Of a stretch of DNA of 64,000 nt, positions 15,556 to 25,491 are shown one piece after another. Positions within the stretch are counted from its first letter, which is position 1; the number at the start of each line of letters is the position of its first letter. The position numbers and the translations under genes are program-made. Origin of the DNA: an uncultured Chloroflexia bacterium (GTDB lineage: Bacteria > Chloroflexota > Anaerolineae > Anaerolineales > Villigracilaceae); assembly GCA_963760245.1 (NCBI GenBank), contig CAVXCH010000004.1, forward strand, positions 20,241 through 84,240. The letters are read 5' to 3'. A model generated the notes under the pieces. That model searched no databases and was not told the DNA's origin. It saw only the letters and a program-made list of their open reading frames with translations.

Positions 15556-15983
15556 GCGCCGCTTACGATCCAAAATCGCGTATCGATCTGCCCAGCGATC
15601 TTTGACCAGCTCGTAGGTGGCCTTGGGGTGCGCTGAACCTGCGCCATGCTGCCCACCAGTTTGAGCTTGCCGGAGAACATACCCTGGATGGGATCCAGCC
15701 TGCCTTCAAGCACCCTGCGCCAGGTGTTGAACGGCGCCGAGGTGGTGAAAAGGGCCTTCTGCTCATCCAGGCTTTTCAATTGCCTGGCATCGAATGCTTT
15801 GCCATGCTGGAGGTTTATATACAGATAAGCAGTATCCGCATAATCAGCATCCGGCAGGATGATAAAGATGTTATCGCCCTCCCAGGAGGCAGCAGCCTGG
15901 GCGTAAGATTCGCTGGCATTCAATTTTTTGCTGAGTTCCTTGATCCATTCATCGGAGGGAAATTTGATCGCCATGTTTGCCAT
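15552..15983 (-). CDS. SCP2 sterol/lipid-binding domain protein
   Basis: ..FNTWRRVLEGRLDPIQGMFSGKLKLVGSMAQV.. is a typical SCP2 C-terminal pattern. Residues encoded by about 15610-15640 look locally out of frame (see findings). Confidence 0.7.
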   Translation of the reverse strand: MANMAIKFPSDEWIKELSKKLNASESYAQAAASWEGDNIFIILPDADYADTAYLYINLQHGKAFDARQLKSLDEQKALFTTSAPFNTWRRVLEGRLDPIQGMFSGKLKLVGSMAQVQRTPRPPTSWSKIAGQIDTRFWIVSGA

Positions 15984-16007
15984 ATCCTTTCTTGGTGATC
16001 GGACTCT

Positions 16008-17424
16008 TTATTCATATTCATAAGACTCATCTATATAACCCTTCAACCCCAGGCGCAGCATTTCGCGCCCGTCCACGCTGGCACCCATCCCGTACAGGAA
16101 ACCGGTCTTGGGCACTTCGTAAGGCGGATCTTTGGCAAAGTTGACACCATCTGCCAGGTCTTTGACGAACTGCTCAGCAATACCTGGCTGGGTCTGCGGC
16201 AGGGTGATGCAGAAATGGAAACCGGGCGGGTTCTGGCAGCCGTTCATGCGCCAGCCCTTGGCATCCAGATAGTCGTTCACGAAATAGGGATTCACCACAT
16301 CGGAGGTCAGGCTGATCAGGAAGGTGGATTTGCCCATGATACGCAGCTCAGGGATCTTGGCAATTCCCGCCCGCATCTTATCCGACGTGTCCATGATCGC
16401 CTTGGCGGCTTTCAGGTAACCTTCCTCGCCCATGCAGACCATCGCTGCCCACATGGCTGCGCTCAGGCCAGCCGAGCGGCTGCCCTGCACTGTCGGAGAG
16501 AGCATACACGCCGCCCGGCCAGTCTTCCTGTGCGAAGAACATGTAGCGGCGCAGGTCCTTGTTGCGGAAGTTGATGGTCGAGGTGCCCTTGAGGGAATAA
16601 CCATACTTGTGCGTATCGCAGGAGATGGAGGTGACCCCCGGCAGGCGGAAGTCGAACACCGGCACGTCGTAGCCCAGCTTTTCGATCCAGGGCAAGATGA
16701 AGCCGCCCAGGCAGCCATCGACGTGCAGGCCAATCTTGTGCTCCAGCGCCAGGTCGGAGAGCTTGCTGATCGGGTCGACCACACCGTGGGGATAGGTGCC
16801 GGCAGACCCAGCCAGGCGACCGTGTTGGGGGTGATCTGAGCGCGCATGGCTTCCACATCGGCTTCGAAATCTGCATTGACCGGCACACGGATGACCTTCA
16901 TCCCCAGGTAGTGGGCGGCCTTCAGGTGAGCGGGGTGGATGGTCATGGGGGCAACCACTTCCGGCTCCTTGATTCCTTTCACTGCTCGTCCCCACTCGCG
17001 ATAGACGAACATGGCATTGTAGATGCTTTCCGTGCCGCCCGAGGTGATCGCACCGGCTTCCTCGTCAGAAGCGATTGACCTTGCTCACCTCTTCGCCGTG
17101 GAGCATCTTGCCCACCATGGCCAGCACTTCGGCCTCGAATTTGGTGCCGCTCGGGCACAGGTCCCGCTGCAGGAGGTTGATCGAAGAGAACATGCTGAAG
17201 ACCTTGTTCAGGAAGGCATAATGCTCCATGCCGCCGTGGTACATGGTGCCGGAACACTGACCGCCCTGCCATTTTTTATTCTCTTCTTCCGACATGTAGG
17301 CGATCTCTTTCAGGATCTCTTCTTCGTCCATGCCCTTTTCAGGCAGCTTGGTAAAGACCTGGAAGAGCTTGTTGTAGGGATGCATATCGCCAAACAAATC
17401 CATTGATTCTTGTTCGTCAGACAT
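16008..17424 (-). pseudogene. PLP-dependent lyase/decarboxylase of the sphingosine-1-phosphate lyase / group II decarboxylase family; three frame breaks as assembled
   Basis: Pieces: MSDEQESM...QGGQCSGTMYHGG..FSSINLLQRDLCPSGTKFEAEV (ORF 17065..17469); ASDEEAGAITSGGTESIYNAMFVYREW.. (frame of 16008..17012); GSAGTYPHGVVDPI..HVDGCLGGF..SISCDTHKYGYSLKG (PLP-lysine motif, ORF 16378..16995); SPTVQGSRSAGLSAAMWAAM.. (back in the first frame). Breaks near 17070-17085, 16812-16818 and 16495-16502. RBS AAGGAG before the ATG at 17424. Confidence 0.8.
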
Positions 17425-17469
17425 ATTTTTCTCCTTTGCAGGGTTCCAATAATTATTTATGAATTTCAC

Positions 17470-19060
17470 TCATGATTTATTCAAGGCATGAAAGACCGGC
17501 CGGATCTTGTCCTTGCTGGCCATGAATTGTGCAAACATGCGGTCGTAGACAGCCTGGTTCTTCGGGTCCGGCTCGAAGATCCGGTCGAACTTGATCATAT
17601 TGGGAATATCTTCCAGCTTGACCAGTCCCAGGCGGTTGAAGGCCAGCAACCCCATGCCGATCACGTTATTGTTGCGCGGGTCGGCCTGCCGGTGCATGGG
17701 AAGCCCGACCACATCCGCCATGATCTGCGACCAGACGTCTGAAAGCGCTCCGCCGCCGGTCAGCCGCCAGTATTGGAACGGCCTGCCGATCAGCTTTTCA
17801 GCCGGGCCGCGCAGCCAGCGCCAGTTCATGGCAAGGCCTTCGAAGACTGCCCGGGTGAGATGGGCGCGGCTGGTCCTGGGAGAGAGGTTCAGGAAGCCGC
17901 CGCGCATATACGGGTCTTCCCCGGGAGCAAGAATGCCATTGAACCAGGGCAGGAAGATCACGCCCTCGCTGCCAGGCGGAACCCGGGCGGCAACCTGGCT
18001 GGCGCGTTCGTACATGTCACCGGGGATCTTGCCCGGTCTCAAAGCCATCCTGTGCGTAGACCAGGTTCTTCAGGTAGGATTCCAGAACATTGCCATTGTT
18101 TGCCAGATCACCCCAGAACAGGTAACGCCCCTTGATCCCGCTGGGCATGGTTGCCATGGTGTTGAACAGATCGGTCTTTTTAAAGGAGACATGAGAGGCC
18201 AGGTGGCCCGAAGTGCCCAGCACCGCAACCGCCTCACCATCGGCAATGGCGCCGGCACCGACGGCGGAGGTGCTGTTGTCGTTGACGCCGCAGACCACCA
18301 CGGTGTCAGGTGAAAGCCCCAGTTCGCTGGCGATGGAGGGTGTGATGGTGCCCAGGATGCCGTCGATGGGCAGCAGGTCAGGCAGTTTTTCACGGTCGAT
18401 GCCCCCCATCTTGAGCAACCAGGGATCGTATTCCTGTGCATCCAGCCGGCGGTTATCCATCATCATCGACATCCAGACCGTGTTCTGCGTGGCCGCGAAC
18501 TTGCCCGTCAGGCGCATATTGATGTAATCCATCGGCTCAAAGAACTTGTAGGTCCGCCGGTAGATCTCCGGACGTTCATTCTTGATAAAGAGCATGTGCC
18601 CCAACGAATCAATCCCTTTGAGGGAAGGAACCAGACCGTTGATTCCGATATACTTGAGCAAGGTGCTCAATTTGTACCCCTGGATGTTGGGGAATCCTTT
18701 GACGATCTCGCGGTTGTATGGCGCGCCACGCCCATCCATCCAGGAAATTACGTTCATCAGCGGCTCGCCGTTCTCGTCCACCGGCAGGGTGACCGACCAC
18801 TGACTGGTGACGGCGATGGCAATGATTGCAGCCTGGGCCACGCGGGAGGTTTGAATCACTTTTTTCACACAGGCGGTAATGGCTGCCCACCACTCAGCGG
18901 GGTCGTGTTCCGCGCCGCCGTCAGGTGGAAAGAAAAGTTGTACTGGAGCGGAAGTGCTGCAAGTCACCCGTCCCTGCTGATCGACGAGCCCGACCTTTGG
19001 TCCGCTGGTACCCAGGTCGATGACCAGGACATATTTGCTCGATGGTTGATCTTCGGACAT
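17470..19060 (-). pseudogene. FGGY-family carbohydrate/polyol kinase; one frame break as assembled
   Basis: N-terminal VLVIDLGTSGPKVGLVD. C-terminal fragment RLTGGGALSDVWSQIMADV. The break lies at GCCCGG 18031-18036: KNLVYAQDGFETG / KIPGDMYERAS read through if one G is removed. RBS AAGGAG. Confidence 0.85.
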
Positions 19061-19129
19061 ATTTATGGCTCCTTAATTTTATTTCGGGGAGAGATTAAAT
19101 AATGTCAATAATGCAATTATATCATCAAT

Positions 19130-19137
19130 GTATATAC
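19130..19137. promoter_or_regulatory. Candidate HutC/GntR operator palindrome GTATATAC
   Basis: Perfect 8-bp palindrome fitting my recollection of the HutC-subfamily core GT-M-TA-K-AC. It lies 70 nt upstream of the kinase start, in the AT-rich divergent promoter region 19061-19250. Confidence 0.35.
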
Positions 19138-19250
19138 GTAAATACATTTATACGTGAAACAAAACAAGTATTTAATAATTTAGCATATCCCATTTGAAAA
19201 GCGCATGCAAATCCCCCGTTTTTTCATCCATCCGGAGTAGAATCAACCCC

Positions 19251-19763
19251 ATGCCAGCAAACATCGAAATCAAAGCACGCGCCAGCAATTTTGCCGACCT
19301 GCGCAGCCGCGCCGAAGCGCTCAGCGACACTCCCGCCCAGGTGATCCCACAGGAAGACACATTTTTCAACACGGCCAAGGGACGCTTGAAATTGCGACAA
19401 CTTGCACCCGACCACGGACAACTGGTGTATTACGAACGGGCAGATGCATCCGGCCCCAAGCGCTCCAACTATTCCATCTTCGAAACCCAAGACCCCGACA
19501 GCCTGAAGAACGCCCTCAGTCTCGCCCTGGGAGTGCGGGGAGTTGTCCGCAAAAAGCGCACCCTGTTCCTGGTGGGCCAAACCCGCGTGCACCTGGACGA
19601 GGTGGAGGGACTCGGGGATTTCATGGAACTGGAAGTGGTGCTTCACCCGGGTCAGCCGGACGCGGAAGGACAGGCGATCGCCCGGGATCTGATGACCCAG
19701 TTGGGCGTGGCGGAAGACGACCTGCTTGAGTGCGCTTACATGGACCTGCTGGAAGGAAAATGA
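19251..19763 (+). CDS. CYTH-domain protein (class IV adenylate cyclase / triphosphatase-like)
   Basis: MPANIEIKARA.. (the ExExK signature of CYTH), followed by ..RVHLDEVEGLGDFMELEV.. Confidence 0.75.
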   Translation: MPANIEIKARASNFADLRSRAEALSDTPAQVIPQEDTFFNTAKGRLKLRQLAPDHGQLVYYERADASGPKRSNYSIFETQDPDSLKNALSLALGVRGVVRKKRTLFLVGQTRVHLDEVEGLGDFMELEVVLHPGQPDAEGQAIARDLMTQLGVAEDDLLECAYMDLLEGK

Positions 19764-20773
19764 CCACCGCCTGTGCACTCGTACTCTCGCCGGGGCATGC
19801 TTACCCGGACCACGAAGAGGCGCCTTCCCGCTTCAAATACCTGGGCGGATGGGAGGCGAAACCCTATGCGGATTCGCTTCATTTTATTGAACCTCGACCC
19901 GCGCCACGCGAATCTGTGACTGCCGTCCACTCAGAGAGGATGCTGAAGGAATTCGAAGATGCCTGCCGCAGAGGACCGGGGATCACCGATTACGCTCCAA
20001 CATACGTCACACCAAGCACCTTTAAGGATGCTTTCCTGGCAGCAGGTGCGACGCTAGGTTGCACAGAGGCCGTGCTGGCAGGGGAGGCGCAAAACGCTTT
20101 TGCCATCGTCCGCCCACCGGGGCATCATGCCGAGCCGGAAGCCTCGATGGGATTTTGCCTGCTCAACAACATCGCCATCGCCTGCCGGCAGTCGCTATCA
20201 GAGGGCATCGGGAAGGCGCTGATCGTCGACTTCGACGTCCACCACGGGAATGGGACACAGGCAGTCTTCCTTAACGAGGCGCGTACCGCCTTCCTTTCGA
20301 CCCAGCAGGAAAACATCTACCCATTCCGGACTGGCTTCATCGAAGATGCCCCGCAGGCGCGCGGCCGGATCGTCAATGTTCCGCTGCCCGCCCGCGCCGG
20401 GGACAGTACTTTTACCCGGATTGCTGAGCAGGTGCTTACACCGCTGGTGGAACGATTCAAGCCGGAAATGATGTTCGTTTCGGCGGGCTTCGACAGCCAC
20501 TGGGATGATCCGCTGGCTGAACTGGGACTCTCGTCGGCAGGATATTATCGTTATGCCTGCCGGTTGGTGGAACTGGCTACACAGTATTGCGTCGGAAAAA
20601 TCATCTTCGTGCTGGAGGGCGGTTACAACCCCAAGAATGTGACTTCCGGGGTGGATGCCGTTCTATCCGCGCTAACCGGAACGGAGTTCAATCCACAAGA
20701 CCCCAGTCCATTCTCAGAGCCGGATATAACGAGGCGGCTGAAAGAAGTTCGCATTTGGAACGGGTTCGAATAA
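19760..20773 (+). CDS. Histone deacetylase-family amidohydrolase (acetoin utilisation / acetylpolyamine deacetylase-like)
   Basis: RPPGHHAE, DFDVHHGNGTQ and EGGYN motifs. ATGA overlap with the CYTH stop. Confidence 0.85.
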   Translation: MTTACALVLSPGHAYPDHEEAPSRFKYLGGWEAKPYADSLHFIEPRPAPRESVTAVHSERMLKEFEDACRRGPGITDYAPTYVTPSTFKDAFLAAGATLGCTEAVLAGEAQNAFAIVRPPGHHAEPEASMGFCLLNNIAIACRQSLSEGIGKALIVDFDVHHGNGTQAVFLNEARTAFLSTQQENIYPFRTGFIEDAPQARGRIVNVPLPARAGDSTFTRIAEQVLTPLVERFKPEMMFVSAGFDSHWDDPLAELGLSSAGYYRYACRLVELATQYCVGKIIFVLEGGYNPKNVTSGVDAVLSALTGTEFNPQDPSPFSEPDITRRLKEVRIWNGFE

Positions 20774-20963
20774 AGTTTTTTGATTTTCCTGGTTATTGAT
20801 GGTTGAAGAAACCCGGGAGTGAATATAATTTTATTAAGACATTGGAAAGAATGTTGACATGCTTGGGTAATTCGGTTGAAAAACTTGTGTTATAAGGGGC
20901 AGAAGACTGGTCTCCGATAACCTGCTCATGGTCAAATGGTAATAACATATGGAGGAATCAACC

Positions 20964-21986
20964 ATGTCCTGGCAGAATCAACTTAAAGGCGACTCTTTGG
21001 AATGGGTGCTGGAATCCCAAACACCCGAAGTCCGCTACCTGGCTTTGCGCGATCTGCTGGAACTCCCAGAAACCGATGCGGAATATCGTGCAGCCCGCAG
21101 GGCTGCGCACCGAGACGGTCCCATCGCCTCCATCCTGGGAAAGATGGATCAAGATGGATATTGGGTCGCACCCGGTCCCGGTTACAACCCAAAATACCGT
21201 TCCACCGTCTGGGCGATCATCCTGCTGGCGCAATTGGGCGCCGGCGTAGAAGAGGACGAACGGATCGCACAGGCATGTAAATATCTTCTTGAGCATGCCT
21301 TGTCTCCAAACGGGCAATTCACGATCACGGGCGCACCCTCAGGTACGATTGATTGTTTACAAGGGAACCTTTGCTGGGCTTTAATGGAACTCGGATATGA
21401 AGACCCCCGCCTGGAAATGGCGTTCGATTGGATGGCGCGCAGTGTTACGGGCGAAGGGATTGCAACATCCGAGGATCGGCAGGCAGAAATCCGCTACTAC
21501 GCAGGCAAGTGCGGGCCGAATTTCGCGTGCGGGGCAAACAACAAGTTGCCGTGCGCTTGGGGAGCCGCCAAAGTTATGCTGGCGTTGGGGAAATTACCAA
21601 AGGAAAGATACACCCCCGTGATCAAGCGCGGCATCCAAAAAGGCGTTGATTTCCTGCTCAGCGTCGACCCGGCCGAGGCAAACTACCCCACAGGCTACGC
21701 AAACAAACCCAGCGGAAACTGGTGGAAATTCGGTTTCCCGGTATTCTACGTCACCGATCTGCTGCAGATTGTGGAGGCATTGGCCACGTTGGGATATGGG
21801 AATGACCCGCGCTTGCAGAATGCGCTCAAGATCATCCGCGAAAAACAGGATGAAAACGGGCGCTGGGCGTTGGAGTTTGAATATACAGGCAAGACCTGGG
21901 TGGAATTCGGAAAGAAGAAACAGCCCAACAAATGGGTAACGCTGCGGGCTTTACGAGTTTTGAAAGTCTTAGGCCCCGGGAAATAA
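20964..21986 (+). CDS. Alpha/alpha-toroid repeat protein (prenyltransferase / terpenoid cyclase-like fold), function unknown
   Basis: Repeated aromatic/Gly-rich QxxxGxW-like segments (QDGYW, ENGRW). GGAGGA 7 nt before the ATG at 20964. Confidence 0.45.
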   Translation: MSWQNQLKGDSLEWVLESQTPEVRYLALRDLLELPETDAEYRAARRAAHRDGPIASILGKMDQDGYWVAPGPGYNPKYRSTVWAIILLAQLGAGVEEDERIAQACKYLLEHALSPNGQFTITGAPSGTIDCLQGNLCWALMELGYEDPRLEMAFDWMARSVTGEGIATSEDRQAEIRYYAGKCGPNFACGANNKLPCAWGAAKVMLALGKLPKERYTPVIKRGIQKGVDFLLSVDPAEANYPTGYANKPSGNWWKFGFPVFYVTDLLQIVEALATLGYGNDPRLQNALKIIREKQDENGRWALEFEYTGKTWVEFGKKKQPNKWVTLRALRVLKVLGPGK

Positions 21987-22066
21987 AACCATCAGACGAA
22001 TTTATTTTTTCAACCAAACCGGGGTGAAATACATTTCCCGAATAGTTGTATAACGGATAAGAAACA

Positions 22067-22099
22067 GGGTTGGTGAGCGCGGAATATGCTTACCAACCC
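22067..22099 (-). terminator. Hairpin terminator after the polyprenol-kinase-like gene
   Basis: 11-12 bp stem GGTTGGTGAGC / GCTTACCAACC (one G-U pair), followed on the minus strand by CTGTTTCTTAT. Confidence 0.45.
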
Positions 22100-22115
22100 C
22101 GACGCATTTAATAAT

Positions 22116-22817
22116 CTAGAAGATCAATTGACCCAGAAGCACCGCCACCAGAGTGACGGTAATATTGTCCACATCCTTGAGCGGCAGGGATTCCACCAGA
22201 GTCCCGACCAGGGCAATGACCGTGATGGGAAGCAGGTAGCCGCTGAAGGGGGAGGAGATTACACCCGCCAGGACAAATATTAACACAATGAATGCCGCCA
22301 ATACCCAGCCACCCAGCAGCATACCCAGCGAGCCGGCTACCGATTTGCCTTTGCTCCACGGTAACTTTGGGGATTGAATGCCGCGTCCCATGATGTCGGC
22401 CAGACCGTCGCCACCGCACATCAGCATCAGAGCTACCATGCCGATAGGAGAGGTCTTCCAGTAGACCAGGGTCATGACCACGAAGATAATGCCGTAGAAA
22501 AGGGGACCTCGCAAAATCTCGCGGCGGTCTCCGCTGCGCGACATGGCTTTGACGGAGGCTTCATCCTTCATGATGCCCAGCCCAATCAGGGCGAACTGGA
22601 CGGTGATCGCAAACGGCACCAGCGCCGCCAGCCAGCGGGAATACCACACCTCCGGAAAAAGCAGCCAGCACAGGACAAACAGCGGACCAGTGAAGATATG
22701 GATGAGTTTGCGACTCAGGTGTGATTCGATCCAGCCGCGGTGGGCGGCGAAATCCAGCAGGCGCAGTTCGATGAGGGCCACAGCAAAGGTGATGATTAGG
22801 GCGAGGAAGGGGTTCAT
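22116..22817 (-). CDS. CTP-dependent polyprenol/phytol kinase-like membrane protein (phosphatidate cytidylyltransferase superfamily)
   Basis: 233 aa with 6-7 TM helices. The overall pattern HLSRKLIHIFTGP...GGDGLADIMG resembles the dolichol/phytol kinase family. Confidence 0.5.
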   Translation of the reverse strand: MNPFLALIITFAVALIELRLLDFAAHRGWIESHLSRKLIHIFTGPLFVLCWLLFPEVWYSRWLAALVPFAITVQFALIGLGIMKDEASVKAMSRSGDRREILRGPLFYGIIFVVMTLVYWKTSPIGMVALMLMCGGDGLADIMGRGIQSPKLPWSKGKSVAGSLGMLLGGWVLAAFIVLIFVLAGVISSPFSGYLLPITVIALVGTLVESLPLKDVDNITVTLVAVLLGQLIF

Positions 22818-23066
22818 TTCTTCTCCGTTTATCAAATCAGGATATGCCTATTAAAACACCTTCAACCTGAATTGTATACGGGGATAGGAATTCAACCCTC
22901 TACTCACGGGATGGGACAAGTGTGAACTCATTCCAGAAGGGGTCCAAAGAACGAAATCCGGTGAACAGCGTATGTTTCTTTGTAACTGATTTCAATTCCG
23001 AATAAAATACCCTCATTACTCGTTATATTTGTGAACGCCGCAATCAACGTAAAAAAAGGATGACTG

Positions 23067-23645
23067 GTGGTGCAATCCCAAACTGCGGACACTGAAACCG
23101 GCCTGATCGAACAGGCCCAGCACGGTGACCGCAACGCATTCGGTGAACTGGTCCGCCGCCACTATCAGGGAGTTGTCCTGGTGGTCACCCGCATGTGCGG
23201 TGACACCGGACTGGCGGAAGATGCCGCCCAGGAAGCCTTCATGCGGGCCTGGGTGAACCTGCCATCCTTCCAGCCCAAAGGCTGCCTGCGGAACTGGTTA
23301 TACCGGATCGCCATCAACGCCGCACTGGACGTCCTGCGACATAAGCCGGAAGAAACGCTCGATGACGAACAGGCGCTCAAGATGCCAGACCAGGCAGCGG
23401 ACCCGGAAACGGCTTTGATCGAAAAAGAACGAGCAGCCGTGCTCCATCAGGCAGTCAAGTCCCTGCCGGATGCGGCCCGTGCGGTGCTGGTGCTGAGGGA
23501 GTACGGCGGGCTCTCGTACCAGGAAATTGCCGGAACGCTGGATGTGCCGATCGGCACGGTCATGTCCCGCCTGAATTACGCCCGCAACCGGCTGCGGGAA
23601 GTCCTTATCGGTGAAATGGAAATAACGGAGAGCAAATATGCATGA
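23067..23645 (+). CDS. ECF-type RNA polymerase sigma factor
   Basis: Region 2 (AFGELVRRHYQGV..EDAAQEAFMRAW) and region 4 (LREYGGLSYQEIAGTLDVPIGTVMSRLNYAR). GTG start. Confidence 0.9.
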   Translation: MVQSQTADTETGLIEQAQHGDRNAFGELVRRHYQGVVLVVTRMCGDTGLAEDAAQEAFMRAWVNLPSFQPKGCLRNWLYRIAINAALDVLRHKPEETLDDEQALKMPDQAADPETALIEKERAAVLHQAVKSLPDAARAVLVLREYGGLSYQEIAGTLDVPIGTVMSRLNYARNRLREVLIGEMEITESKYA

Positions 23646-24246
23646 AGAGATGCGCACCCTGCTGAATGCTTACCTGGATGGCGAACTTCAAGGCCAGCGC
23701 CTGCGGGAAATGGAGACCCACCTGGCTTCCTGTGCGATTTGCCAGAAAGAGCTCAAGGAACTGCGCCTGATTTCGGAACAGCTGCAAGCCGACACAGCAC
23801 TGGAGGCTCCTTCCGCAGAGCGCTTCGTTTCACAACTGACCCTGAGCCTGCCGCGCACGGCCTCAGGAAGACCGCCCGCCAAAACCCGTCTCGCTGGTCT
23901 GGTGGCTCGTCCCGGCAGGGTTGCTGGTTTCTTGGTTTTTATCCAGACGGTGTACACCCTGACCGATGTAGTGACGGCCGCGAATTTGACAGGCTTGCTG
24001 GGTAGTGCCTCCCGGTGGTTGGGGAGCGGAGAGGAATCGCTCTGGTTAAGCGCGGCGACAACATTGTTCGGTGGACAAATCCTGGCACAACCCATCCTCT
24101 CCCTGCTGAATAATGTGAGCGTTGCCATCGCCGGACTTTTTAGTGGATTCCTCTGGCAGGCAGTCATCGTTCTGCTCTACTGGGCCTGGCTATGTTTCTG
24201 GTGGCTGCGGCACAACCCTCGGCCGGTTAGGATGAAAACGTCGTAA
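23638..24246 (+). CDS. Anti-sigma factor (zf-HC2) with TM segments
   Basis: N-terminal H-x3-C-x2-C (HLASCAICQKEL). 8-nt overlap with the sigma gene. C-terminal hydrophobic segments. Confidence 0.8.
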   Translation: MHEEMRTLLNAYLDGELQGQRLREMETHLASCAICQKELKELRLISEQLQADTALEAPSAERFVSQLTLSLPRTASGRPPAKTRLAGLVARPGRVAGFLVFIQTVYTLTDVVTAANLTGLLGSASRWLGSGEESLWLSAATTLFGGQILAQPILSLLNNVSVAIAGLFSGFLWQAVIVLLYWAWLCFWWLRHNPRPVRMKTS

Positions 24247-24320
24247 CGGCTAAAGAAGAGCGACCAGTTCAAAAAGCACGTATCGCGGTCGTTTCAAAAT
24301 CTGGATAAGGAGAAATTAAC

Positions 24321-25427
24321 ATGATCAACATTGGAAAAATCCTCAAACGTTCCTGGCACATCCTGTGGAATTATCGCGTCCTGTGGATCTTTGGTATCCT
24401 GGTGGTCCTCACGGGCGCCGGTGCATCAGGCGGAGACAGCCTGCGCTACTCGTTTGGCGGCAACCGTGGTAATACCGGAAGCAGTGGCTACAACCCCAAC
24501 TTCCAACCCGGTCCCTACCTGGTGCAATTGACGAACTGGTTCAACCAAAACATCAAACCCCTGTTTGAACATCCAGACCAGCACGTGGTAACTTTCATCT
24601 GGATCGGCGTCGCCTTCCTGCTCTTCATCCTCATCGTAGGAGTGATCACCACTGTCATCCGCTACGTTTCGGAAACCGCGATCATCCGCATGGTGGACGA
24701 GTACGAACAGACTGGCGCAAAAGTGGTTTTCAAGCAGGGCTGGAAAATGGGCTGGAACCGGCGTGCCTTCCGCTTGTGGGTGATCGACCTGGTGGTCAAT
24801 TTACCGGTGCTGATCTTCCTGGGCTTCCTGATCGTGCTGGGGCTGGTGGTTTACTTAAGTGTGACCAGCGGCGCAAATGTGCTTGCTGTCGGCGGGACGA
24901 TCACGGCCGTCGGGTGCGCATTCCTGTTCGTTTTTGCCCTGATCATCGTGATGGTTTTCCTGTCTTTGCTGCGTCAATTCTTTATGCGGAAGGCAGCGCT
25001 TGAAGGAACGGGCATCGGTGAATCTTTTCGCAGTGGATGGGCGCTGTTTAAAAACAACTGGAAAAGTGCAGCACTGATGTGGCTGGTGATGCTGGGGATC
25101 GGATTTGGATTTGGGATTTTGGGAATTCCACTGTTCTTTCTGCTCATCCCAATATATATCCTCCTTGCCCTGCCAGGGTTGATCGTAGCTGTCATCCCTG
25201 GTGCGATAGCCTTCGGCATTGCGAGCCTGCTTGGAGCCGGACCGGTGGCGTGGATCGTGGCTGCCCTGGTAGCAGCGCCGTTCTTCCTGCTGGTTACCCT
25301 GGCCCCCCTCACCTTGATCAGCGCCTGGTTCCATATCTATTCTACAAATGTCTGGACGCTGACCTACCGGGAAATCAGGGCGCTCGACCTGGTCAAACCG
25401 GATGTGATCCCGCCTGCTAAAGCCTGA
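24321..25427 (+). CDS. Polytopic membrane protein of unknown function
   Basis: 368 aa with about 7 TM helices. RBS AAGGAG. Follows the sigma/anti-sigma pair on the same strand. Confidence 0.6.
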   Translation: MINIGKILKRSWHILWNYRVLWIFGILVVLTGAGASGGDSLRYSFGGNRGNTGSSGYNPNFQPGPYLVQLTNWFNQNIKPLFEHPDQHVVTFIWIGVAFLLFILIVGVITTVIRYVSETAIIRMVDEYEQTGAKVVFKQGWKMGWNRRAFRLWVIDLVVNLPVLIFLGFLIVLGLVVYLSVTSGANVLAVGGTITAVGCAFLFVFALIIVMVFLSLLRQFFMRKAALEGTGIGESFRSGWALFKNNWKSAALMWLVMLGIGFGFGILGIPLFFLLIPIYILLALPGLIVAVIPGAIAFGIASLLGAGPVAWIVAALVAAPFFLLVTLAPLTLISAWFHIYSTNVWTLTYREIRALDLVKPDVIPPAKA

Positions 25428-25442
25428 CCTTTTCGAAAAAAA

Positions 25443-25476
25443 CTCCTGGCTGGAATGTTTCAGCCAGGAGTTTTTT
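25443..25476. terminator. Bidirectional intrinsic terminator
   Basis: CTCCTGGCTG (25443-52) / CAGCCAGGAG (25461-70), flanked by an A7 run upstream and a T6 run downstream. It sits between convergent genes. Confidence 0.8.
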
Positions 25477-25491
25477 AGATTAGAGGTTGCT

